From NCBI GenBank assembly GCA_907165135.1, contig OU015566.1:4278001-4342000 (forward strand): a stretch of DNA of 64,000 bases, in the 5' to 3' direction. A program made the translations under genes and the position numbers. Source of the DNA: Oikopleura dioica. Lineage: Eukaryota > Animalia > Chordata. Shown one piece after another: positions 35,792-47,635 of the stretch (position 1 is the stretch's first letter; every line of letters starts with the position of its first letter). The notes beneath the pieces were generated by a model that saw nothing but the letters and a program-made list of their open reading frames with translations, had not been told where the DNA came from and did no database searches.

Positions 35792-37923
35792 ATGCTCATC
35801 AGACGACTGGCAGTGAAATATGGACAGCTCTTTTTGGGAATTTTCTTTGGAATCGCAGGAAGAGTATTTTTATTAATTTTTTTCATGAATGAATTTGATT
35901 ATTTAAAACTTCATCAAAGCCAGCAAATTCTTCACCACTTCTTCAAAATCGTCTTCACACAACGCCGAAGAAGCTCCCAACTACTCCAAGCTGCCAATTT
36001 TAATCAACGGTGAAGCTGAGAATCAAATAATCGGCATCAGAAATGACGAAAGCGATGAGGTCTATTTCCCATGGATCTGGGTCAAGTCGTTTTTTGATGT
36101 CTTTGGCGATTTCGGCGGCGAGAAAGACCAGTTTGTCTTCAAAAATAGCTACAGGTTCGACTTTCTCCACCCAAAAAAAATTAAACTACTTGTGTTAGCG
36201 AAATGAACTACAAAGGTGACAAAGAATACACCCCGAACTCGTCCTTCATGACTTTCGAAAACTACCGCGTCGAGTCCCGAGAGCGAGTGAAACTCATTTC
36301 CGGCGTCGAAGGTAAAAAGCTGACAAATGAATGATTTGAAATCCGATTTTCCATCAGGTGTTCCGTTTTCGACACAGTGGAGCCCGGAAGGATACTTTTA
36401 CCCGGTTCAAATCGCGCAATACGGACTGGCAGCGTACTCGAGGAACGTCACAACGAGTAGCTATGATTCGCAATCCTACACTCCTTCTGTAAGTTTTAAC
36501 TCTTCATGGTAGTGGGGGATGGAGTAGTCGACCGCTTCCCAGGAGGACTAACCTTCTGTCCCGATTCGGGACTCCCGAAACCCGGACAGATTCCCCCTCC
36601 TCTCTTTTGTCCCCCTTTCAACCAACTTTCTTAGTGCGGCTCTAAATTTGAACAGGACCTCGACCCACCCTGTTCAATCAGCACTTTCCAGAAACATTCC
36701 AACAGCTATCTCACCGTCTGTTACGAACAACTGCTTCCAGGATCGTCGATAATCGTCGATCACAGTCCGCGTATTTCCACTTCTGACTCGAAGGAGCGAA
36801 CAGGAAGAGTCGAAATTCATTACATCGCGAATAAAGTGCCAGAAGAAGTTCCAATGATCGAAAAACACGAGAAACGGGGCTACGCGGCGCTGATTGTGAT
36901 TGGAATCGGGGAAAGAAATGAACCAGGTAAAGATCTTCTCGATTTCAATGATAATTCAAGTCATTCTTTAGGCTGTATTTCACGAGACATCCTCAACGAC
37001 GCCCTGAAAGGTCTCGGAAAACGAAATCAAAAATCTGTCCGTCGATTTCGCGGGAAAATGGACAGAATCAACTCGATTCGCTTCGAAAGAGAGGGAATTA
37101 TCAAATCTGTTAAACTGGCGAAAACTGGATATTTGGAAGAATTCAAGAACGCAGCTATTTGGCTCAGAGATCATCAGACGGAAAATGGGACCTGGCCGAT
37201 AGATGTTGGCAAAGAAAGGGTTGATTATCCCGATGTAAGTAAAGTTGCTTTTCAACAAAGAAAAACGCTCTTTTCAGCTGGTTCCTGGCTGGACATCAGC
37301 GATGGCACAGGGGCATGGGATTTCGATGATGGTCCGCGCGGCCAACTCTCTCAACGACCCGTCTTTTTGGGTTTCCGCTGGGAAGGCTTTGGAACCCTTC
37401 AAGAAGCGGCCAAAAGACAAAGGTGTTCGAAACCTGGTCTTCGACAAACACGTCTGGTACGAGGAATATCCATTTGAAGACGGCTTGTTTGTGCTCAACG
37501 GATTTATTTACTCGCTAATCGGGCTGTACGACCTGGCGGAGAGTGAAAACGCACCGCCGACGTTGAAATTTGAGGCTTCGACGCTTTTTGAGGAAGGATT
37601 GCTCTCGCTGAAGGTGTGTTTCTGAAGATTTGAACGCGACAAATATCATTTTGTTCCATTTTCAGACGCTTTTGCCGCTTTTCGACGCTGGAAAAGGATC
37701 CTTCTACGATCTCGGTCACGTGGTCAAGAAGACAAGCCCGAATCTAGCTCGCTGGGATTATCATACAGTTCATGTTCAACAGTTGCGCTTGCTCAACTCT
37801 TTTCTGGTCGGTTTCTAGCTCCTTTTTATTGAAAACGAGGATTTTCAGGACGACCCAGTTATTGAATCATTCGCTCTGCGCTGGGAAGAGTACACGAAAG
37901 GAAACTACGCTTCACACAATTAA
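35792..37923 (+). CDS. GLCE: D-glucuronyl C5-epimerase (heparan sulfate epimerase), multi-exon
   Basis: [20 protein letters not shown]|[55 protein letters not shown] and [15 protein letters not shown] are present. Stop at 37921-37923. Confidence 0.95.
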
Positions 37924-37937
37924 AATACCCTGTTTTC

Positions 37938-38477
37938 GGAAGGGTTCCTCTCGTGGTCATTTCGAGAAATGTTCCTCTCGTGGTCATGCACCTCTCGTGG
38001 TCATATTCCTCTCGTGGTCACGACGTAGAGACTTGCGATCACGGAGCATTTTGATGATAAGTTGGGTCTCCAAGCATTTTTTCAAGGATACTATGAGAAG
38101 GTCAATTTGATTGAGTTAAATTTTCAATAATTTCAAATAAAAATATGTTTATTTATTTGCACAAACCAGAAGAAATTCTCTTTAGAATAAGAGGCAAACG
38201 TATGAGAGATCTATAATTATCTTTCTTAGGTTTTTCGATTAAAAAAATTGTTTTCATCAATTCATCTCGATTTTTATTCATTTAAAAACTTAATTTATGA
38301 CCTCTTATTATAAATATATAAAGCGTGTGAGCACTATCTTTGAGGAAATTCGGGGGAAATTGGGAGACCCTAAGTTTCATAAGCCGGTGAGTAATGACCA
38401 CGAGAGGAATATGACCACGAGAGGTGCATGACCACGAGAGGAACATTTCTCGAAATGACCACGAGAGGAACCCTTCC
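37938..38477. mobile_element. Foldback/MULE-like element, 540 bp, 9-bp TSD CCTGTTTTC, in the GLCE 3' UTR
   Basis: TIRs of ~85 bp containing four CCTCTCGTGGTCA units each. CCTGTTTTC at 37929-37937 and 38478-38486. Confidence 0.9.
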
Positions 38478-38979
38478 CCTGTTTTCTTTACTTCTGTATA
38501 TTTAGAATTGTACTTCAAAGATGAAATGTTTTCCTGTCTTAGTGCGTTACCTCAGTTTTTGTGTAAAGAAACGCCTGCCATCTGTCCTGCCTTCTTCAAG
38601 AGCTTCTCATGCTAGAGATTTTAAATAAACGATATTATTTCAAAAAGAAACTTGTGCCTGCTTGTTTTTATTGAAACTCAAGCAACTTTTTCTGAAACAA
38701 AATATTCAGGAATTCAAAGAAAAATACAGTTATTTAGGGCATTTGCAGTTCTTTGATTTCAAATTAGAATTTATTTGAAAATTATAGATTTTCAAATTTC
38801 CTTCCACAAGAATTCGTTCCGCTGTAATTTCCTAATTGCATAATCAAAACAACCAACGAGCCGTCAAAAATGTTCAACTCACTGAGAAAAAAACGTAACC
38901 CAGTAACTTTCGCTAATAGAGCGGAAAGCTTCTCTCGTCTGTATAAAAAGAGACGATAGCGCATCTTTCAAGAGCAAAT

Positions 38980-40870
38980 TTGCAAGGAAAAATGAAATTA
39001 CTTCTATTTTCAACCTTTTCTCAATCTTTCGGGATCGAGTTAGATTTGACTTGTGAGCAGAGAACGACAATTTCCGGCTTAACTTGTCAGCATTGGTCCT
39101 CTCAAACGCCCCATCCTCACGAGTTTTCGCCAGATGTAACCTCAAAATATTCGATTCCAGATGACAACATCTGCCTATCACTTCATTTTGACGAGCCCTG
39201 GTGCTTTACTACTGACGAGAATGTCCGATGGGAAGCCTGCTTTCCCTGCGAATCAGATTCTGATGAATCATCAACTGAAGTGCCTCCTGGAACAACGGAT
39301 CTCCCTCAAACTACTGAAGCATCAACACAGGTTCCGACGACAATAATGACCCGACCAGCGATTCAATGTGAAGATCCGGCAGTTACAGTGGATGATTCAT
39401 GCGTTCAGGAATAGTCCTTGAAAAGAGCTTTTGGCCCTATCTCAGGTTTTCTTTTGGAAAATCAACAAGGACTCCTTTAAAGATAACCTCGACAAAAGAA
39501 CTCTTTGCAATGTCTTCCGGCACCGATATTTCTCTTTCATTCACGATCCCTGGAGACCTGTTTTCTTCCTCCGCATCTGTTTTGATTGAATTTCCGGGAA
39601 CAGTGCACAATGTCGACTTTTTCGGAATTTCTGGCGCCGAGGCGCAACGATTCGATTTCAAGCGCTTTCACATTCTCCTCTCGGACGACTTCGATTCTGA
39701 GAGTGAAGTTGAAATCATCGGCTTTCTCGCTGGTTCAAACACTGATGGCGAAGAAATTCATGTCTGCGCCTCTGGCGGAAATTTCAAAGAAAGCTGCTCT
39801 TCCGAAGAGTCGGAGGACCAAAATCCCTGTCTAACAGAATGCTGGACTTATGATGACAACTCGGGGAGCTGCTTTGTTTCGCCCGATTTCGTCTCTGTCA
39901 GCTGTGGGCTGGCGAGTTTGAGTGTCGAATATGATGCCTGTGTTTTTCCGGAGAATTATGATAGCTGGAGCTTGGATGGTTTTTCATCAAGGTTAGTTTT
40001 TTTCTTTACAAGTTATGAATTTTCTTATTCAGAATTCTTTGCGGTGGAAACTCAGACACAGTTTTGTCGAAGAACTTGACCTTCTCGGAAGGAATCGACT
40101 GCGGCTTTGAACCATTTGAGACAGAAGAAACCCTCGGGCTGCGAAATACAGTCGAGGCTTTTCATCAATGGGACTCGGAGGATATTCTGAATCTCGGAGA
40201 AGTGAACTGCGAATACTCGAGAAATTTGATCATCAAAGACGATATACACAAGCAGCTCGAGACGAATAATTATACAATCGATCCGGAAACGATTCACAAT
40301 TTTGCAACGAATTTGCGGCTGACTCCGTCGAAGAATGAAGTCGCTATTGGCGAGATGGTCACTTTCGCTCTTGAGAATTTGGGAGAAGAGCTTTTCTTTG
40401 ACTATCATTTTACCAGCTGTTCTGGAGGTAAGGAAACACCAGATCGATACGACCAAAGGCCTTTTTAGAGTGTCAAACGAGCCAATACGAGTTCTTCAAC
40501 TTTGAAAATCCATGCGTCGAAAGCGTCATCAACTTTTCCCTTTTATCGCCCATTTCATTCGAGCTTCAACACTTTGTTTTTGTCAATTGCGACTCGTTAA
40601 CTGTTGCTTGCGTCGTTCAACTTTGCGTTGATCAATGCCCACAAGTTGAAACTTGCTGAAACGAAAAAATTATAATAAAAAAATAATGCCCGATGGCTAA
40701 AAATAAAGCACTGTGAGCAGGCTGAAAATTCATGAAATTGCAAAAAAAAGAAGGGTTTTTTTCCATTTTCAAACCTAGTTGACTTGCCAAGTGGTGTCAT
40801 TTTTTGAATGCAGAACTTCTATTAACGAAACGCTTCTTGACATGTTATTGCTTCTCTTGAATTCCACGCT
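38980..40870 (+). CDS. Secreted kringle-domain protein with a Thr/Pro linker and a possible C-terminal ZP-like region
   Basis: TISGLTCQHWSSQTPHPH...NIC...PWCFTTDENVRWEAC is a clear kringle. The later VNCEYSRNL and NFATNLRL...FTSCS segments only resemble a ZP module. Junctions and 3' end are uncertain. Confidence 0.6.
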
Positions 40871-41413
40871 TTGGTCAGTTTAGTTTTCCGTTCCTAATCG
40901 ATCCGACGAAAGAATAATTCGGAAAACATGACTTAACACCTGAGCCAAAGAATTTTGTTCAAAAATTTTGTGACTTGTAGCTTAGAAGCGGCGTTATTTA
41001 GCGCTCAAAAGGACACGTGTTCTGTCTATTATTTCAAAATTTATTCATAGAAAATTAAAAAAAATTTGAAATTTAACTTTTCGAATGTTCTCGAAGAATT
41101 CGATCCTTTTGAATCCGTCCAGAGCCGTTAGCATCTCAAGCTCATTTATCCGAGGGCCCGTTTTTTAAATAAAAGTTGCGCAAGAAGCTATCTTTCAGCG
41201 TTCACTCACTACGTCAATAAAACGAGCACGAGGAGAAACAATAGTTCGGAAAAGCCTTTATTTCGCCACAATTTACGGGAGACATTTAAAGAGATCATCA
41301 TTTCCAAAGAAATATGCCACAAGAGATTGACTTTTTCTCGTTATTACACGACTCGGAAATTGCAACAGATAAGAATGAAAATGAAGACGAAGAGAATTTT
41401 CCAGGTTTGAACA

Positions 41414-41601
41414 TAGGGCATTTTTAATGGAAAATTTCCTTAAGGGTGTCCCTAAGTTAACGATGATCGTCCCCTTTTAACAGTTTTTGCATCTCAAATA
41501 CCTGTCTCTATAACTGCACTATCGACAAAACTGTTAAAATAGGGGACGATCTTCGTTAATTTTTGGATACCCTTAAGAAAATTTTCCATTAAAATACCCT
41601 A
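41414..41601. mobile_element. Palindromic MITE-like element with internal TTAAGGGT...ACCCTTAA core
   Basis: tagggcatttttaatggaaaattt...ttaagggtgtcc pairs with ggatacccttaagaaaattttccattaaaatacccta. No TSD identified. Confidence 0.65.
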
Positions 41602-41705
41602 AAAGAGGGACTGTATTTGCGAGTTTTTCCGGAGGAATGGAGTCTATTCTTTTTTTGAAAAAGCGGAAATTTGACTCAAAAAAGTCGACTTAGAACTGGG
41701 GTCGG

Positions 41706-41820
41706 CAACTTGCCAAGGAATTTCGTGGCAAGACAAGGCAAGGCAAGTTACTTGCCATGGCAAGTTGATGGCAAGGCAAGTACTTGCCATGGCAAGCTAG
41801 GAAAATGGCAAGTTCTGGCA
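41706..41820. repeat. Cluster of TTGCCA/TGGCAA palindromic microrepeats (ACTTGCCATGGCAAGT)
   Basis: Two copies of the palindrome acttgccatggcaag plus several ggcaag units. Confidence 0.65.
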
Positions 41821-42427
41821 TGGACATTTTTTTTGTTTATGTTCGAATTTAAGACAAGTTTTGTTTATGATATAGAAATATATATTGTATTTGCTTACAA
41901 AAATAGATATATGAAAATCTTATAAATTATTCATTCTTGATCGCCTCTTTGAATTCTTCGCTTGTGGAAAACTTGATCATGTTTTCTATCGTCTCTGTCT
42001 TCAAACTTGATCTTTCCTTGGACATAAAAATAGATGATTTCGAAAACACCCTCTCCAGTGCACTGCTTGAATCCATACTTCCTCGAAAAAGCTAAATATC
42101 ATAAGAAGTATATATCTAGGGATCGAACGCAAATCACCACCGGGGCACCCAAAAATTTTTTTTCTGAACTTATGAATGAAAAAATGGGTTTTGAGACTCA
42201 GGCTTTTCAGATATGAATTTTAAATTTTCATAGGTGCTGTAGTTTTTGAGTTATCACTCTTTGAAAAATAAAGAGAGAAGAAGAAAAGAGCCAATTAGAT
42301 GCGCGCAGCGCGGAGAAGTGTCACGCAAAGGGTGGCGCTCCGGGGCGAGAAGCTTTTGCCGCGACGCGTTTCGAGTTTTCGCTGCGAGTGAGCCCGCGCT
42401 CTAACCAATAGAAAATCGAAAAAAGAA

Positions 42428-42500
42428 TGACCAGCGAGGATTCGAACCCGCCTCGCTAAGAAAGCTTGATCCTGCCAGATACCAACTGAGCCAACAACAC
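42428..42500 (-). pseudogene. tRNA-derived (pseudo-tRNA/SINE-like) sequence
   Basis: A-box TGGCTCAGTTGG, B-box GGTTCGAATCC and a following T-run. Acceptor and D stems do not pair. Confidence 0.4.
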
Positions 42501-43797
42501 TTGATGTTGATATCCAATATGGATGGGATTGAATAAATTTTCTGAATGAAAAAACTAAAATTCAATTAGTAAAATTTTCAGTAACCCGTTATTATAACTT
42601 TATTTTTTTACTTTCAAGCTTCAAAGCAAGGCCAATCATTTGAATAAAGATACAGTTTTTACGTTTTTTTAGTTCTAGTCCATATTTGCCGCGTATTTAT
42701 GTCTTCTTATTTCACTTTCTTTGATAGTCAAAAAGAATTTCCGATTATGGACTTGCTATCGATTCTATTCAAGTTTTTTTTTTGCAGAAAAACACAGAAG
42801 CTTTTCTGAATGAATTCCTTGATCAGTAAATGAATCTTGAAAGGTCAAAGTTCTTTGACGAGCTACCTTCGGTGACTTATCAAGAGCTTCAAGTTTCCTT
42901 GTTCAACGAGTCATTGGACAAGGCACAGGTTTAATTCTCCGCGGATCTGTTGATGACTCTTGACAACGAAGAAACGGATGAATCAAGCGAGACAGAAAGG
43001 AGCAGTATCATCACAGCGAATATCGAAATAATCGCTAGGATTTGATACCTCAAGCCGATGGATATTCTCACCACGCTCATTCCAAATCTCAAATTTAGAG
43101 TTTCAATTTGCAATGCGAGTATCATAGCCACATTTTCTTTTATATCAATTTGAATTTTTATTTAAAAGAGAAATATTCAAAAACAGACAATATTCTTTTC
43201 TTCTTTTTCAAAAAATAAAAAGGAACGCATCTTATTTTCAAAAATATTTGTTTTTTGAAATGGCTGATTCAGGCCACAATGGACATTTCTAGGTAGTTTT
43301 GAGAAAATTTCGTTAGCCAAGGAGATAATGGTGCGCCATTGAAATTGACTTAAAAAAATGAAAATTACACCCTTGTTATTTCGGAACATTTATTCATCAG
43401 TTTTAAACAGGGCTGGCAAATTAGGGTCCCGCAAGCCGCACTAATTTGAGTTAGAACCCTATTGTTAGAACCCTAACTCTCAGGTTGGAAAAGCCGCTAA
43501 AATCGTCCTAAAAGAGACGCGCGCTTATTGGTCCGCAAATCATGGCGGGTCATTCGTTTTTCTTATCCATTCAGCTCCATTCTTTTTTCAATCTTCAACC
43601 AATTTGTCCTCCGCGCCTGGTGGGAAGCGCGCGCCGATAGGATGATGAAAAAGAGCCTCCTAAATAGTGCGGTTAGGGCGGCGATTCAGTCCTAATAGAC
43701 GAAAAAATATCAAGGAAAAAAATAGGACGGGTAGGACGGGGATGCCGCACTAATTCGCACTAATTTTGAGTTAGAACCCTAACAATTTTTCGGTAGT

Positions 43798-45795
43798 GCG
43801 GCACTGGGCTTGACACCGCCTTGATTGAATGAACTGATGATGGCACTGGGCTCGACGCCGCCGTAAATGAATGAACTGATGATGGCATTGGGCTTGAAGC
43901 CGCCTTGATTGAATGAACTGATGATGGTACTGGGCTCGACGCCGCAGTAAATGAATGAGCTGATGATGGCACTGGGCTTTACGCCGCCGTAAATGAATGA
44001 ACTGTTGATGGCACTGGGCTTGACGCCGCCTTGATTGAATGAACTGATGATGGCACTGGGCTTGACGCCGCCTTGATTGAATGAACTGATGATGGTACTG
44101 GGCTTGAAGCCGCCTTGATTGAATGAACTGATGATGGCACTTGGCTTGAAGTCGCTTTGATTGAATGAACTGATGATGGTCCTGGGCTTGAAGCCGCCTT
44201 GATTGAATGAACTGATGATGGAACTGGGCTTGACACCGCCTTGATTGAATGAACTGATGATGGCACTGGGCTCGACGCCGCCGTAAATGAATGAACTGAT
44301 GATGGCATTGGGCTTGAAGCCGCCTTGATTGAATGAACTGATGATGGCACTGGGCTTGACGCCGCCTTGATTGAATGAACTGATGATGTTACTGGGCTTG
44401 AAGCCGCCTGGATTGAATGAACTGATGATTGCACTTGGCTTGAAGTCGCTTTGATTGAATGAACTGATGATGGTCCTGGGCTTGAAGCCGCCTTGATTGA
44501 ATGAACTGATGATGGCACTGGGCTTGACACCGCCTTGATTGAATGAACTGATGATGGCACTGGGCTCGACGCCGCCGTAAATGAATGAACTGATGATGGC
44601 ATTGGGCTTGAAGCCGCCTTGATTGAATGAACTGATGATGGCACTGGGCTTGACGCCGCCTTGATTGAATGAACTGATGATGTTACTGGGCTTGAAGCCG
44701 CCTGGATTGAATGAACTGATGATTGCACTTGGCTTGAAGTCGCTTTGATTGAATGAACTGATGATGGTACTGGGCTTGAAGCCGCCTTGATTGAATGAAC
44801 TGATGATGGCACTGGGCTTGATGCCGCTGTAAATGAATGAACTGATGATGGCACTGGGCTTGACGCCGCCTTGATTGAATGAACTGATGATGGCACTGGG
44901 CTTGAAGCCGCCTTGATTGAATGAACTGATGATGGCACTGGGCTTGACGCCGCCTTGATTGAATGAACTGATGATGGAACTGGGCTCGACGCTGCCGTAA
45001 ATGAATGAACTGATGATGGAACTGGGCTCGACGCCGCCGTAAATGAATGAACTGATGATGGCACTGGGCTCGACGCCGCCGTAAATGAATGAACTGATGA
45101 TGGCACTGGGCTTGACGCCGCCTTGATTGAATGAACTGATGATGGCACTTGGCTTGAACCCACCTTGATTGAATGAACTGATGATGGTACTGGGCTTGAA
45201 GCCGCCTTGATTGAATGAACTGATGATGGCACTGGGCTTGACGCCGCTGTATATGAATGAACTGATGATGGCACTGGGCTTGACACCGCCTTGATTGAAT
45301 GAACTGATGATGTCACTGGGCTCGACGCCGCCGTAAATGAATGAACTGATGATGGCATTGGGCTTGAAGCCGCCTTGATTGAATGAACTGATGATGGCAC
45401 TGGGCTTGACGCCGCCTTGATTGAATGAACTGATGATGGTACTGGGCTTGAAGCCGCCTTGATTGAATGAACTGATGATAGCACTTGGCTTGAAGTCGCT
45501 TTGATTGAATGAACTGATGATGGTCCTGGGCTTGAAGCCGCCTTGATTGAATGAACTGATGATGGTACTGGGCTTGAAGTCGCTTTGATTGAATGAACTG
45601 ATGATGGCACTGGGCTTGACACCGCCTTGATTGAATGAACTGATGATGGCACTGGGCTCGACGCCGCCTTGATTGAATGAACTGATGATGGCACTGGGCT
45701 GGACGCCGCCGTAAATGAATGAACTGATGATGGGACTGGGCTTGAAGCCGCCTTGATTGAATTTAATGATCATGGCACTAGGCTTGACGCCGCCG
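43798..45795 (-). repeat. 42-bp tandem array (~47 copies) with a 7-unit (294-bp) higher-order repeat; open reading frames on the minus strand
   Basis: Unit is gatgatggcactgggcttgacgccgccttgattgaatgaact. Minus-strand translations are (SAIISSFNQGGVKP)n and (SSVHSIKAASSPVP)n. Confidence 0.95.
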
Positions 45796-47085
45796 TTGGC
45801 GGTTACTCGGCTGCTGATTGGCTTGTCAACCAAGGCCAGGTTTCTGATTGGTTGAAAATTTTCAAGCAAAATTTGTCGAAATTTTTTGTCGACCAAATTT
45901 TGATTTTTTTTTCGAAAAAAGGATGAGAATCGATTTTTCTCAAATTTATCAGTCCAGGGCACTATGTGAAAAGGCAATTCACATGATTGGAATTTTCAAA
46001 ATCGTACATTTCATGGATCGTATTTGTCGCAGAAAATAGCCGAAAATGACCAAAAATCGGAAAATGATTACTCGAAAAAACCAAAAAACAAGATTTCAGC
46101 TTCTCTTTGACGCTAAATTACGATAGTTTTTCCGCCAAATAATTTTTTTCAGACCTAGTTGCCCACATTATTTCAAGCCTTTTTAACCCATTTTCGATTA
46201 GAAAAAGGAAGATTTTTCGGAAAAATTTGCGCTTATTTTGTCAAAAGAAGTCTGATTCTCGACCAACACCCCCTTAAAACTGATCCATTTGTACGTGAAA
46301 ACATTTGGACAAATTCGCCAAAAATGGCCAATTTCGAAAAAACATTGGAGACCCCCTTAATCGAGAAAAATATTTTAATAATAAGATGCGTTCCTGCTTC
46401 TTGGGTCGGTGGATGTCGGAAATCGTTCTTGAGGATTGAAAAGGAAGAAAAATCAGGTGGAGTTGTTTTTGCGTCATCATCATCATGAGAGCGAGAGAGT
46501 TGTCGGTGGAGTTGTCATCTGAATGGACAGGCTTCGAAATTGCGCATAAAAACCAGCATCATTTGACATCGTTGATATGCCTGAAGCTTCATGTAAGCAC
46601 ACTTCCTGACTGAAGCTTACTGACCTTGTGATTGCTCGGATTCTTGTGCTCGATTTTCAACAAATTCCTTGACGGTGGTGTTCCTTGATACGGCTTGAAT
46701 CGCTGACCAAGTTGACATGCGAAGAAGCAGACTCATGAGGTTTGAAACGCTAGAATGATTTGTCAAATACAGTTAAATCAATCAAAAGATAGTACCTGTC
46801 GAATTATCCTCTATCAGTACATGTAGGAAGCACCACGATGATAGTATTTCATCAAAAATTTGTTTTTTTTCTCTATATTTTTCGATTCTGAATGGAAAGA
46901 AGCAAAAAGAAACATTTTGCCGGCATTTCTATTCATCTAGAGAAAATCTGCTAGTTTATCTGTTATTACTGTCTTGAAGACAGCAAAGTTCTAACAATTA
47001 TTCTGTCTTCAAGACGACAAAAATAAAAGAAGCGAAGATAAATATTTGATATGTAGGTACAAGAAGAAATGTCCTCATCAGTTGT

Positions 47086-47165
47086 GCCTCATGGTGCGGT
47101 GGTACCGTACTAGGCCATGGCCCGCTGATCTCGAGTTCGAATCCCGCTCCAAGCATTTTTTTTTG
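47086..47165 (+). pseudogene. tRNA-derived Pol III-like unit (pseudo-tRNA/SINE head)
   Basis: A-box-like TGGTGCGGTGG, B-box GAGTTCGAATCC and an immediate T-run. The cloverleaf is imperfect. Confidence 0.4.
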
Positions 47166-47635
47166 CGTTTTTTAAGGGCGCTGAACGAATGAGTCATACT
47201 TGCGAAGTACAAAAAACGCAAGCGCAGCCACGCGCCGTCGATTTTGAATATTTTTTCTTCGAAAATCCCCTTTTCCAATGCTCATTAACCTGCTATTATT
47301 GGCGCAAGATTGCGCGTCAACAGAAAGCCATTGAAACCGACAGTTTCCGGTAAACCGGAAGTTGAAGTACAATATGATTATCATATTTGACATCAGCATA
47401 TACGATTTACTATTTTAATTTTTAATATTAAGGGCATATAACTATTATAAAAAATGCCCATTTTGATTTGCGTTCGATCCCTATATATATCTAAGTCTTA
47501 GAAACGTGTACTCTTGAAAACTTTGACCGCTAATTGCGTAATTATGATATCGTATTTTGACGGAGGGGCCCTTAAATCGACCTCTTCAACTACTTAGTAT
47601 ATAACAGTCTAATGATAAGATTCAGAATAAGACTA

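Noticed and set aside
42428-42500. Functional tRNA gene
   Set aside because: Acceptor and D stems do not pair, so it is kept only as a tRNA-derived sequence.
43409-43430. CAGGG-starting sequence as the left end of a hAT element enclosing the 42-bp array
   Set aside because: No matching right terminus or TSD was found by eye.
43798-45795. Regular repeat array as a possible CRISPR locus
   Set aside because: The units are contiguous with no unique spacers, there are no cas genes, and the context is eukaryotic.
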